Shown here piece after piece: positions 39,451-51,929 of a stretch of 64,000 bases of DNA. This DNA comes from Hemiscyllium ocellatum (lineage: Eukaryota). A model generated the notes under the pieces. That model made no database searches. It was not told the origin of the DNA and was given only the letters and a program-made list of their open reading frames with translations. Both the position numbers and the translations under genes were made by a program. Position 1 is the first letter of the stretch, and every line of letters begins with the position of its first letter. The stretch is taken from positions 6,324,001 to 6,388,000 of the forward strand of contig NC_083413.1 in NCBI RefSeq assembly GCF_020745735.1, given 5' to 3'.

Positions 39451-39915
39451 GTTTTTTTCATTGAACTTGAAACATTAACTCTGATCCCTCTCTATAGATG
39501 GTGCCAAACCTTCTGAGTTTATCCAGCAATATTGCTTTTTGTTTGTGTTTCTGTTTTCCAAGCATCCACAGTTCTTTTGGGTTTCTTTTTATATATCTTA
39601 CTCGCTACTTCCTTTAAGACCCTAGAATGAAATCCATGAGGGCCTAGGGATCTGTCGCCTCGTAGTTCCAACTATTTACTCAGTACTACTTACCTGGTAA
39701 TTGTAATTTTCTTGTGTTCCTCACTCACTGTCAATTCCTGGTTTACAATTATTTCCAGGATATTACTCATATCCTCTCTAGTGAAGATCAATGCAAAGTT
39801 TCTATTAAATTTGTCTGCCACCTCTCTATATCCTCTTATTAATTCCCCAGACTCAATCCCTATAGCATTAAGTTACTTGTTAAGTCTTCTCTAAATATCT
39901 GAAGAAACAGATTTA

Positions 39916-40243
39916 GGGGAGACAATGGCTTCATGTTATTATCGCCGTCTATTAATCCAGAGATGGAGAGAATGTTCTGAGGACCTGGGTTCAAAATCAG
40001 TCTTGACCAATGGTGGCATTTGAATTGAATTTTAAAAAATCTGGAATTAGGAGTGAAATGATGGTTGTGAAACTGTTACCAATTGTTGGAAAATCCCATC
40101 TTATTCACTAATATCCTTTAAGAAAAGAAACGGTCATTTTTACCTGGTCTGGCCTCCAGACCCACCGCCAATGTGATTGACTGGCAACTAGGAATGAGCA
40201 ATTAATGCCAATGATGTCCATATCCCATGAATGAATAAAAAAG
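39916..40243 (+). mobile_element. Second tRNA-derived SINE family (also ~29348-29625, ~51368-51908, ~38510-38740 minus)
   Basis: Shared ctgggttcaaa B box, ttacctggtctggcct core and catcccatgaatgaataaaaaa tail. Confidence 0.7.
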
Positions 40244-40450
40244 AAAACTTTTCCTATGTTTTTATACTTTTGTCTAAGATATGACACAAGTTGTTTCTCA
40301 TGGAAAAATAGAAATTAATTTCCTATTCACAACCAAACTAAAGAATGAGCAGGAGTGGGACAAAAAGTTCTACAGATTAGCCTGCCCTGCCTTTCTTTGT
40401 GATCATGCCCCCATAGAATCCAAAATTGTTTTAAACTCATTCTTAAATAT

Positions 40451-40645
40451 GGAGAAAGTAAGGACTGCAGATGCTGGAGATCAGAGTCAAAAAAATGTGG
40501 TGTAGGAAAGGCACAGTCGGTCAGACAGCATCTGAGAAGCAGGACAGTCGACGTTTCGGGCATAAGGCTTAGGCTCAAAATGTCGACTCTCCTGCTCCTC
40601 AGATGCTGCCTGACCAGTTGTGTTTTACCAGCACCACACTTTTTG
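40451..40645. mobile_element. Family A fold-back mini-element
   Basis: TSD actcattctt(a/g)aatat at 40435-40450 and 40646-40661. Confidence 0.85.
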
Positions 40646-41462
40646 ACTCATTCTTGAATATACCCATTAACAAAGTGTCCATACTTTCTGGGATCAAGAA
40701 TTCCAAAGATTAGAAGTCTTATTGAAGAAATATCATATCAAGAAATAGCTGACCCCATGTTCTGACACCTGTAGCTAGCCATTTCAATGTGATCACTTTT
40801 CATTCTTCTGAGCGTCACATAATATAAGTTCAAATTAATAAGGTCAGCCATCTCAGCTCAGAAATCTATCCATTGAACCTTCATTGCACCCCCTTGAGGG
40901 AAAAATGTCTTTCTGTTACGTACAGAGATCTAAGTATTACATATTAATCCAGGTGAAGTCTCACAAAACTCTATAATTTTACCAATATTTCCTTAGCCTT
41001 ATTCTCCAGTCATGTTATAATAAAGGATGAGATATCATCTGCCAGAGAGATTGACCCTGTTAGGTGGAATCACAATATTCAAGCCAATTTGCAGTTGAAT
41101 AATATTTGAAAATATTAGGAAAAGTACAGATTGCCTTCTAATGGAAGAAATTTGCCGATTAAATCCTTATGATTGGGAAGCTAAGCCGATAAGGAACACT
41201 TACAAAACATCTCTTAACAATACATGGAGGAATAAGAGGGGATTAAATGAGCCATCTTGCTGTACATCATACAAAATTTAACCTCAATCGTAAATTATTC
41301 TGACCCATGCCGATAAAAAAAATTCACATCGTTGCTGTTAGGAAATCTAAAATTTTAAGAGATGATGAAATATGAGAAACAACTGCAGTATTCCTAGCAG
41401 TAGGCAAAACGTGTTGGCTTCACAATCGTCTTGTCGCCCAAATCCACAACTTGGAAACTTAA

Positions 41463-42473
41463 TTAATTATATATATAAACAGGTGACTGCTCAGCAAGTC
41501 CCTTAATCACCAGTAAAAAGCTCAGCAACAAAAGGAACATTGCGCCCATTGTGTCGGCAAACTTCGGGATCATTGGTGGCGACTCAACCAAAGTGTTGAA
41601 TCCATATTCCAAATAACAGAGTTGATCATAAACAGTCAGGAAACTAAACAAGTGGAACCACTGATGACTCTGTCCTATCACATCAAACTGACCCGGCCAA
41701 AATCTCTCTGGAATTCTGCTCACGTTAAACATAATCGCTAGCAGAAGCCACGTACGCTGTCTCCAAAAATAAAAAAATACGTGTGGATTTTTCAAAGGAA
41801 GGTCAAAATAAAAAATATCTATGAGTATGGGCACTGACACACTGAGTGGTATGAGAAATACAATTGCCCTGATTATGTAGCGATGTTGTGCCCAGTCAAT
41901 ATAGGTTTTGCAAATGGCAATAGTGCAAATTACGAGCAACAAGAATGTCCCAGGAATACAGAAAGCAGAGTAAAATTTGACCACATGACTGTATTCTGTA
42001 CATAGTCCATTCCCTTCCAGCAGCATAGGGTTCATGACAGTCAGCAATGGGAATATATAATAGTAACAGGCGATAGCGGATCCAAACCCATAGAGATTGA
42101 AGGCGACGTAATCCATGTAGTAGAAGTTTTGACGAAGCTGCTGTGAGAGAGAATTAAATAAATGTGCAGCACAACTTTCAGCAAAGATTATTGAGACACC
42201 AAAGGCAAAACACCACATCGGTAAAAGGAATGGATGGTCATAGCAAAGCTCCTCGTTCTTGAAGAGTATCTGATGAAAGCGATACAGAAAAAATAGCAAC
42301 GGCAGATAATGAGTCCAAAAGTTAAATGTTTCGTTTGTGGGCTGCAGGACAGAACACACGCACTCCGTTAGTGTAGAATTCGGCCTTCGGTATCTTGAAA
42401 CGATAAAGCACTCTCGCATTTCACAGGGTATTTCTTCACAGGCAAAAAAATCGATCCTCCGCCTTTGATACAT
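41463..42473 (-). CDS. PAQR9: Progestin and adipoQ receptor, PAQR9 / membrane progestin receptor epsilon-like (336 aa, single coding exon)
   Basis: PAQR motifs ECFIxxxYRR, PTNETFNFWTH, SCAAH, DY and PERFWPGQFDVIGQSHQWFH, with multiple hydrophobic TM segments. Colinear with human PAQR9. Orthologue versus paralogue is unresolved. Confidence 0.85.
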   Translation of the reverse strand: MYQRRRIDFFACEEIPCEMRECFIVSRYRRPNSTLTECVCSVLQPTNETFNFWTHYLPLLFFLYRFHQILFKNEELCYDHPFLLPMWCFAFGVSIIFAESCAAHLFNSLSQQLRQNFYYMDYVAFNLYGFGSAIACYYYIFPLLTVMNPMLLEGNGLCTEYSHVVKFYSAFCIPGTFLLLVICTIAICKTYIDWAQHRYIIRAIVFLIPLSVSVPILIDIFYFDLPLKNPHVFFYFWRQRTWLLLAIMFNVSRIPERFWPGQFDVIGQSHQWFHLFSFLTVYDQLCYLEYGFNTLVESPPMIPKFADTMGAMFLLLLSFLLVIKGLAEQSPVYIYN

Positions 42474-42723
42474 CCTGGTGGAGTTAGGTTGCTATTCAGG
42501 CTAACAGTTGACGTGAGAAGTTCCAGTGTCAGGTGGTCATGACGGTGTTTTGTATTTACAATAGCTACACAGGCACGGGAGTTGCAAAGACATAGCTGTT
42601 CAACATTTAGAGAGAGGTGAGGGGCAGCCTGTACTGGCAGGGACATTCCTCAGAGCCGTGATATACACTTGCTGTTGCCAGACTCTTCAGTGTGATGTCA
42701 CAAAAGATGTTGAGCAAATTCGA

Positions 42724-42853
42724 CAATCACCTGATGAAGGGGCAGCGCTCCGAAAGCTAGTGTGCTTCCAATTAAACTTGTTGGACTATAACCTGGTGTT
42801 GTGTGATTTTTAACTTTGTACACCCCGGTCCAACACTGGCATCTCCAAATCAT
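42724..42853 (+). mobile_element. Family B short copy
   Basis: cacctgatgaaggggcagcgctccgaaagctagtg...ccaaatcat. Confidence 0.8.
42728..42762 (+). ncRNA. Minimal hammerhead motif, family B (also 24782-24816 plus)
   Basis: CAC-CUGAUGA-A-GGGGC(AGC)GCUCC-GAAAG-CUA^GUG. Confidence 0.72.
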
Positions 42854-43081
42854 GAAAGTTTGGAGGCTGCATTGTTGGATGTTTTACTCTGTTCTACTCT
42901 CAGCTGTGGAAATAATAAAGGCAAGCGACGCGAAAGATGAACGCTGTTCCATGTTTAAAAAGGACAGGGATTCGCTTCCCCCTGTCGGTGCTTGGAAGGA
43001 TGACGCCTGTGTTACTGTCCACAGGGTGCTCCTCAATGTGTTACACCGGGATCAGGGAGTAACTCGATGGCTCAATTAAAA

Positions 43082-43450
43082 GTAAAATACTGCAGATGCG
43101 GAAATCTGAAATAAAAGTAGAATATGTTGGAGACACTCAACATGTCTGTAGAACAGACTTGGTTAAAAATCACACAAGACCAGGTTACAGTCCAACAAAT
43201 TTATTTGGAAGCACTAGCTTTCTGAGCGCTGCTCCAACCACCTGGTGCAGGAGCAGCGCTCAGAAAGCTAGTACTTCCAAATAAACCTGTTGGACTATAA
43301 TCTGGTCTTCTGTGATTTATTAACTTTGTCTTTACCAGTCCAACACCTGCTCCTCCAAATCATAATGGATTCCAACTGTTATCACTGTTTCTGTCTGCAC
43401 AGTTGACCTGCTGAGTATTTCCAGCATTCGGTGTTTTTTTTATATTCGAT
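43082..43450. mobile_element. Family B palindrome (43161-43363) nested in an older family-A-related fold-back element
   Basis: Inner inverted arms around 43240; outer arms aaatactgcagatgc... and ...gcattcggtgtttt. Confidence 0.7.
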
Positions 43451-43698
43451 TGCTCTTTTGTCTCGCTCTCGGTCACTGAGGCCCACGTAGGTGATGACTC
43501 TGCTCCTCCCCTATAGACTGGAAATGGCAACTGAGGCTTCCTGGTCCATAATACTGATGTAAACACACCCTTTACTCACTGTCCAAGGGGTCACTTTATA
43601 GAGGTTTATAAAATTACGAGGAGTGTGGATAGGGCAAATAGTCAAGGTCTTTTCTCCAGAGTTGAGGAGCCCAAAGCTAGAGACCATATATTTAAAGT

Positions 43699-44856
43699 CT
43701 GGTTGAAGATTTGTAGCTCGGGTGTCCGTTGTTGTGGTTCTGTTCGCCGAGCTGGAAGTTTTTGCTGCAAACGTTTCGTTCCCTGGCTAGGGAACATCAT
43801 CAGTGCTATTGGAGCCTCCTGTGAAGCGCTGCTTTGATGTTTCTTCCGGTATTTATAGTGGTTTGTTCTTGCCGCTTCCGGGTGTCAGTTTCAGCTGTAG
43901 TAGTTTGTATGTGGGGTCCAGGTTGATGTGTCTGTTGATGGATCTTCTTGCCGTTTCCGGGTGTCAGTTTCAGCTGTAGTGGTTTGTATATGGGGTCCAG
44001 GTCTATGTGTCTGTTAATGGAGTTTGTGGATGAATGCCATGCCTCTAGGAATTCCCTGGCTGTTCTCTGTCTGGCTTGTCCTATGATGGTAGTGTTTTCC
44101 CAGTCAAATTCATGTTCCTGGTTGTCTGAGTGTATGGCTACTAGGGATAGCTGGTCGTGTCGTTTTGTGGCTAGCTGATGTTCATGGATGCGGATTGTTA
44201 GCTGTCTTCCTGTTTGTCCTATATAGTGTTTTGTGCAGTCCTTGCATGGTATTTTGTAAACTACGTTAGTTTGGCTCGTGCTGGCTATTGGGTCCAATAG
44301 CCAGCACGAGCCAAACTAACGTAGTTTACAAAATACCATGCAAGGACTGCACAAAACACTATATAGGACAAACAGGAAGACAGCTAACAATCCGCATCCA
44401 TGAACATCAGCTAGCCACAAAACGACACGACCAGCTATCCCTAGTAGCCATACACTCAGACAACCAGGAACATGAATTTGACTGGGAAAACACTACCATC
44501 ATAGGACAAGCCAGACAGAGAACAGCCAGGGAATTCCTAGAGGCATGGCATTCATCCACAAACTCCATTAACAGACACATAGACCTGGACCCCATATACA
44601 AACCACTACAGCTGAAACTGACACCCGGAAACGGCAAGAAGATCCATCAACAGACACATCAACCTGGACCCCACATACATACTACTACAGCTGAAACTGA
44701 CACCCGGAAGCGGCAAGAACAAACCACTATAAATACCGGAAGAAACATCAAAGCAGCGCTTCACAGGAGGCTCCTATAGCACTGATGATGTTCCCTAGCC
44801 AGGGAACGAAACGTTTGCAGCAAAAACTTCCAGCTCAGCGAACAGAACCACAACAA
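43699..44856. mobile_element. Penelope/Poseidon-type PLE (family C) as a head-to-head palindrome, inserted in a CR1 3' end
   Basis: Mirror ORFs 43806..44297(-) and 44288..44779(+) encode GIY-YIG NVVYKIPCKDCTKHYIGQTGRQL..RIHEH...REFLEAWH. TSD cca(t/a)atatttaa(a/g)gt at 43684-43698 and 44857-44871. Confidence 0.92.
44779..44818 (+). ncRNA. Minimal hammerhead motif, family C (mirror copy 43767-43806 minus; another at 55412-55451 minus)
   Basis: GCA-CUGAUGA-U-GUUCCC(UAGCCA)GGGAAC-GAAAC-GUU^UGC. Confidence 0.72.
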
Positions 44857-45134
44857 CCAAATATTTAAGGTGAGAGGGTAAGATTTAAAAGGGCCCTAAG
44901 GGGCAACTTTTTCATACAGAGAGTGGTGCATGCATGGAATGAGCTGCCAGCAAAAGTGGTAGAGGCTGGTACAATTACAACATTTAAAAGGCATCTGGAT
45001 GGGCGTATGAATAGAACAGGTTTGAGGGGATATTGGTCAAATGCTGGCAAATGGGGCTGGATTAATTTAGGATATCTGGCCAGCATGGGCGAGTTGAACC
45101 AAAGGGTTTGTTTCTGTCCTGTATATCTCTATGA

Positions 45135-46290
45135 CGTAAAAGTTGTAAGTTTGCTCACTGAGTTGGCAGGTTATTTTCAGACATTTTGTCACCATGTTGG
45201 GCAACATCATTGGTGAGTGAGTTTTAGGAAGATTTGTAGCTCTGGTTGAAGTTCTGGATGTAAGTTTGCTTGCTGAGCTGGAAGGTTCATTTTCAGACGT
45301 TTTGTCATCATACACTTATACAGCTAAATATCACCTATACAGTGTATTAAAAAAGAACAGGTATCCAATGAACACAGTCCACCGATTTCTCAGCAACAAA
45401 CCCAAACAAGCAGACAAAACATGTCCAGAAACCCTAGCCACTGTCCCCTACATCAAAGACATCTCAAAAATAACTGCCAGACTACTCACACCTATTGGCA
45501 TCATGGGAGCCCACAAACCCACCAACACACTAAAACAGCAGCTAATGAACTTGAAAGATCCGATACAGACAAGCAAAACTAATGTCATTTACAAAATACC
45601 GTGCAGGAACTGTAATTAAATACTACATTGGAGAAACATACAGAAAACTAGCCACCAAGATACATGAACATTAATTAGCCGCAAAAAAAAATCACCCACT
45701 CTCACTAGTATACTTACATACGGATGAAGAAAAACATCACTTTGACTGGGACATCACATCCATCTTAGGACAAGCAAACAGAGACACACAAGAATTCCTA
45801 AATGCATAGCGTTCCACCGGAACACTATCAACAAACATATCAACTTGGACCCCATTTACCACCCCCTGAGAAAAAGAACAGGAAATGACACCACCAATCC
45901 AAGGGAACCTAAACATATAAGCAGAAAGCAGGTCACTAACGCCAGTCCTTCACTGAAGGCTCACTGATGATATTACCTAGTATGGTGATGAAAATGAACC
46001 TTCCAGCTCAGTGAGCAAACTTACATCCAGATCATCAGTGGGCCTCTGGTGAAGTTCTGATATTCTGTCCCACTTTGTACTTATGTGTCTTGGTCTCTTA
46101 AGGTGGGTGATATCATTTCTGGTTCTTTTTTTCAGAGGTTGGTATATGGGGTCCAAATCAATGTATTTATTGATGGACACCACTTTGACTGGGACAAGAT
46201 ATCCATCCTAGTACAGGCTAAACAGAGACATGCATGGGAATTCTGAGAGGCCTGGCATTCAAACTGGAACTCCGTCAATAAACACATCGA
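45135..46290. mobile_element. Older, rearranged Poseidon-type PLE fragments
   Basis: LKKNRYP...ATVPYIKDISK...KTNVIYKIPCRNC (ORF 45266..45619), with stops and inverted pLTR pieces. Confidence 0.8.
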
Positions 46291-49200
46291 TTTTATAAAG
46301 GACATGAGGGACATGGATAGGGTAAATAGACAAGGTCTTTTCCCTGGAGTGGGGGAGCCCAGAACTAGAAGGCATACGTTTAGGGTGAGAGGGAAAACTT
46401 TAAAAAAAGACCTAAGGGGAAACATTTTCATGCAGGGGATGGTGCGTGCATGGGATAAGCTGCCAGAGGAAGTGGTGGAAGCTGGTACAATTGCAATATT
46501 TAAGAGGAATCTGAATGGGTATATGAAAAGAAAGGTGTAAATGGACTGGGTGAATAATGTTGCTGGTGGATCCAAAGAAAGGGGATTCATGGAATGCTTA
46601 TAGGATGACTGTTTGAAACAGCTTGTGATGGAGCCCACAAGGGAGCAGGCTATTCTGGACTTAGTGCTATGCAATGAGCCTGACTTTATAAAAGATCTTA
46701 AAGGAAGGGAACACTTCAGAGGCAGCAGTCATAATATGGTAGAGTTCAGTTTGCAGTTTGAAAGATGGAAGGCAAAATCGGATGTAATGGTGTTACAGTA
46801 GAGTAAAGGAAGTTACTGGGGCATGAGAGATGAACTGATGAAAATCAACTGGAAGCAGAGCATAGTGAGGAAGACAGTAGAGCAACAATGGCAAAAGTTT
46901 CTGAGTGTAATTGAGGACACAGTACAGAGATTCACCCCAAAGAAAAGAAAGATTACATGGGGTGGGTGGAATTGGACAGCCATGGCTGACAAATGTATCA
47001 TAGAAAAAGAGAAGGCCTATATAGTGGCCAAGAGCACTGGGAAATCAGAAGACTGGAAAGACTACAGAAACAAACAGAGGATAACAAAGAGAGAAGTAAG
47101 GAAGGAGAGGATCAAATATGAAGGTAAGCTAGCCAGTAATATTAGAAATGATACTAAATGTTTCTTTCAATACATTAGAAACAAATGAGAGGCCAAAGTA
47201 GAAACTGGACGCTCCAAATTGATGCAGGAAGGCTCATGATGGGAGATAAGGAAATAGCTGAAGAACTTAATAAATACTTTGTGTCAGTCTTCCTCCCTCT
47301 ACAAGGTATCTCAGCCTGCTTGGCTCTCTCTCTTATTCCTGATGAAGGGCTTATGCTCGAAACGTCGAACTCTCTATTCCTGAGATGCTGCCTAACCTGC
47401 TGTGCTTTGACCAGCAACACATTCACAGTGGAAGACATGAGTAATATCCCAACAATTAAGGAGAGTCAAGGGGCAGAGTTGAGTATGGTAGCCATTACAA
47501 AAGAGAAAGTGCTAGAAAAGTTAAAAGGTCTAAAAATTGATAAATCTCCTAGTCCGGATGGGATACATCCGAGAGCTCTGAGGGAGGTGGCTGAAGAAAT
47601 AGCAGAGGCGTTGGTTGTAATCTTTCAAAAATCACTGGAGTCAGGATAGTCCCAAATGATTGGAAAATCGCTGTTATAACTGCCTTGTTCAAGAAAAGAT
47701 CAAGACAAAAGATGGAAAATTATAGGCTGATTAGCCTAACCTTAGTTGTTGGTAAAACTCTAGAATTCAGCATTAACGATGAGATTTCTAAATTCTTGGA
47801 AGTGCAGGGTCAGATTTAAAACAAGTCAGCATGGATTTAGTAAAGGGAGATCATGCCTGACAAACGTGTTACAATTCTTTGAAGAGGTAACAAGTAGGTG
47901 AGACCAAAGAAACCCATTGAATGTTATCTACTTAGATTTCCAAAGGCATTTGATAAGGTGCCTCACCGGAGGCTGCTGAGTAAGGTGAGGGCCCATGGTG
48001 TTTCAGGTGAGCTACTGGCATGGATTGAGGATTTGGTGTCTGACAGAAGGCAGAGAGTTGGGATAAAAGGTTCTTTTTCGGAATGGCAGCTAGTGACAAG
48101 TGGTGTCCCACAGGGTTCAGTGTTGGGGCTGATGCTGTTTATTTTATATATTAATGATCTGGATGAGGGGACTGAGGGCATTCTGGCAAAATTCACTGAT
48201 GATACGAAGTTGGGTGGACAGGCAGATAGTACTGAAGAGGTGGGGAGGCTGCAGAAAGATCTAAACAGTTTAGGGGAGTAGTCCAAGAAACGGCTGATGA
48301 AATTCAATGTGAGAAAATGTGAGGTCTTGCACTTTGGAAAAAAGAATACAGGCATGGACTATATTTAAATGATGAGAAAATTCATAAAGCCAAAGTACAA
48401 AAGGATCTGGGAGTGCTAGTCCAGGATTCTGTGACAGTTGACTTGCAGGTTGAGTCCATGGTTAAGAAAGCAAATGTAATGTCATTTATCTCAAGGAGGT
48501 TGGAATGTAAAAGCAGCAATGTGCTACTGAAACTTTATAAAGCTCTAGTTATGCTCCATTTAGAATACTGTGTCCAATTCTGGGCCCCACACCTCAACAA
48601 GGACATACTGGCACTGGAGCATGTCCAGAGGAGATTCACACGGATGATCCCTGGAATGGTAGGCCTGACATACAATGAACAGCTGAGAATCCTGGGACTG
48701 TATTCATTAGAGTTTAGAAGGTTGAGGGGAGATCTAATAGAAAACTACAAGATAATGCTTAGCTTAGAAAGGGTGGATGCTGGGAATGTGTTAAGGTGGG
48801 GACACTAGGATCCGTGGGTACAGCCTTAGAATTAGAGGGGCTCAGTTTAGAACAGAAATGAGGAAACATTTCTTCAGCTAGAATGTGGTTGGCCTGTGGA
48901 ATTCATTGCAACGGAGCACAGTGGAGGCTGAGACATTAAATGTCTTCAAGACAGAGATTGATAAATTCTTGATCTCGCGAGGAATTAAGGGCTATGGGGT
49001 GAGTGTGGGTAAGTGGCATTGAAATGCCCATAAGAAATGATTGAATGATGGATTGAATTCGATGGGTTGAATGGCCTTACTTCCACTCCTATATCTTATG
49101 TCTTATGGTTTAGAGGGATATGGGCCAAGTGCGGGCAAATGGAGCTAGATTAGGTTAGGATATCTGGTAGGCATGGACGAGTTGGACCGAAAGGTCTGTT

Positions 49201-49680
49201 TCCATGCTGTACATCTCTATACTCTATTAACAATGAATGAAGTTAGAGATCTTGGAATTAAAAACAGTTGTAGCAAACTGATTATAACTTTGGATGAGTG
49301 ACAAGAAACAGAGAAATGTTTAATGCGTATTTTTCAGGTTGGAGAAACGTTTGTGGTGAAGTTCTCAAGGGGTCAGTGCTGGGACTCTTGCTTTTTCTGA
49401 TTTATTCGGTCTGCCCTTGGCGCACAGGGCACAGTTTCAAAACTTGTGGATGAACAAAACTTGGAAACATTGTAAACTGTAAGGTGAATAGTTTACAACT
49501 TCAAAAGGTACAGATGAGTTGGTACAGTGACCGGATAAGTCACAGATGAAGTTCAAGGTGAAGAAATATGAGGTGATATGTTTTGGGATTATGGAGAGAA
49601 AATATACAGTATAGAGGACAAATGAGTCTGAAGGGATCCAGGAGCAGAGGACCTGGTGTGTAAATGATGCAGTACCTGTG
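46290..49680 (+). mobile_element. CR1 LINE cluster (long ORF2 remnant ~46540-49110 flanked by 3' fragments)
   Basis: EPTREQAILDLVL, KSPSPDGIHPRAL, KAFDKVPHRRLL, GVPQGSVLG...KFTDDTKLGG, YCVQFWAPH. Confidence 0.9.
47292..47421 (+). mobile_element. Family A fragment inserted in CR1 ORF2
   Basis: Interrupts CR1 YFVSVF|TVED; contains ttcctgatgaagggcttatgctcgaaacgtcgaa. Confidence 0.8.
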
Positions 49681-50384
49681 AGTTTCCACTAGATGTTAGA
49701 ATATCCATTGTGAACAGTCCTGTATCCACATACTTACATAGTTACCTCAATTAGGAAAAAGACAAGAATAAGTATAGGAATGCAATAACAGAGGCTAGCA
49801 GTGTTGCAATTGTGCGTCTTCTTTTGTGTACTGACAACAAATGAAATGTCAAACCTAATTTATTTCGTTTTATTTGATAAATATATCAATCCTTTCACCT
49901 TCTCCGATCCTTGGTCTGATGGGTCATACGTATTTATATAGAAGGTGGAATTAACATTTTCAACCTGTTGTTAGAAGGCATAACATAATGGCCTAGGAAT
50001 GTCTCTGTTCCCTGATTCCCTTTTCATCCAGAATGAGTAATGTGCTCTCCAACCAGGATCTAATGTATCCCGTTGTCTCAACCATCAAATAGCGAGCAAA
50101 TGGGACTTGGATTTGAACTGATGTTGTGTGCTGTGGTACTTCCACTATTGGAATTATTTCTTGTGTTTGTTGATCTTCATTTTATTGCAATCACTTAATG
50201 ATATGTTTTATTTTTTAATGTTTCACACATAATTTTACACAAATGGGGAAATCCTTTCTGCTTACATCTTTTAAAATATTTTTGATTATCAGGTTTGCTG
50301 CAGCTATTAAGTGACTCTTGCACAGATATTTCAAGAGATGAATGAAGCTTTTTCAGAGTTGAAACATTTCTCACCTGGCCGTGC

Positions 50385-50952
50385 ATTTAAGGTGAGGGGG
50401 GGGGTGGGGGAGTGCAAAAGTGATGTGAGAGACAAGCTTTTTTACACAGAGTGGTGGAAGTCTGGAATGCACTGCCAGGGTTAATGGTGGAGGCAGATAT
50501 GATAGGGACTTTTAGATAAGCACATGAATTTGGAAGAAATGGAGGGATATGGTTCAAGGGCAGGCAGAAGGGATAAGTTTAATTTGGTGTCATGTATGGC
50601 ACAACATCAGATGCTGAAGGGCCAAAGATTGTGCTGTACTGTTCTATGTTCTAGGTGTCAATAAGCAAGGAGTGTAGTTTTAAGATAAAGGAGCAGGAGG
50701 GATTTGAGGGAAAAAAAGTTCACCCAAAAGGATGTGGGTATCTGGAACCCACTGCCTAAAAGAGTGAGTAGAGATAGGAAGCCTTAAAGACATTTAAGAA
50801 ATATTTAATTGAGCACTTGAAATGCTAGTGCATACAAGACTATGGGCCAAGTGCTGGAAAATGGATTTAGAACAGATGGATGTTTGATAGCCTGTGCAGG
50901 AATTATAGGTCAATGGCCTTCTTTTCATGCTATTACAAACTCTATGACTCTA
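50385..50952 (+). mobile_element. Two tandem CR1 3'-end fragments
   Basis: tttttacacagagtggtggaagtctggaatgcactgcc... with tgttctatgttcta and ctctatgactct tails. Confidence 0.7.
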
Positions 50953-51627
50953 AAACAGAAAATGCTGGAGAAACTCAAGAGGTCTTGAGCATCAACAGAG
51001 AAAGAAACAGTTAACTTTTCCAGTCCCATGTGACTGTTGGGAATTGGCATTTTAAATCTTTTTCCAAAGAAGAGTAAACTTTAGATCCCTCTCCACTGGT
51101 GCTACCAAGCCTGCTGAATTTCTCTAGCATTTTGATTTTGGTTTTGAAGGAACGTAACATAAAGAATTTGTTGTGAGTGCCTGGCATGCAAGAGAAGTAT
51201 ATGATCTTTATTATAGAATGCTGGGAGGAGATGTGGCATCTTTTCCATTCGCTTGAAATATCAGCAAATGGAGCACTGGGGTTTCTCAGCCATTCAAGTC
51301 TTGAACACTTACGGGGCTGCCAAAAGATCCATCGAAATATTGGTGTTGATTCAGATACAAAATTCATAGGGGCAGCCGTGCCCTGGTGGTATTACCACTG
51401 GACTGTTACTCCAGAGACCCATGTATTGTTCTGGGATCCTGGGTTAAAATTTCACTGTGACAGATGGTGGAATTTGAGTTCAATAAAAATCTGAAATTAA
51501 ATCTGAAACCTAATGGTGACCATGCGATGACCATCGCTGATTGTCAATAAAACCTATCTGAATTCTGACTCTCCTTTAGAGAAGGAAACTGCTGTATTTA
51601 CCTGGCTTGGCCTACAGGTGATTCCAG

Positions 51628-51796
51628 GTGAAAGTGGGTACTGCAGATGCTGGAGATATAGAGTCAAGAAAAGCACAGCAGTCAGGCACCATCCAAGAAG
51701 CAGGAAAATCGATGTTTCTGGCAAAAGTCCTTCATGATGTCAATTTTCCTGCTGCCTGACCTGCTGTGCTTTTCCAGCACGACTCTAATCTTGGCT
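51628..51796. mobile_element. Family A fold-back mini-element nested in a SINE
   Basis: TSD ctaca(gg/ta)tgattccag at 51612-51627 and 51797-51812. Confidence 0.8.
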
Positions 51797-51929
51797 CTAC
51801 ATATGATTCCAGTCCCACAGCATGGAGTTGCTCTTTGGGCAATGAGGGAATGAGCAATAAATACTGGTCTAGTGAACAACACCCTCATCCCATGAATGAA
51901 TAAAAAAAGTAACCAGTGGTTCTCCATCA

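Noticed and set aside
43806-44779. Two 163-aa ORFs as a divergent host gene pair
   Set aside because: They are the mirror arms of one truncated Penelope GIY-YIG fragment, and the starts are alternative codons at the inversion centre.
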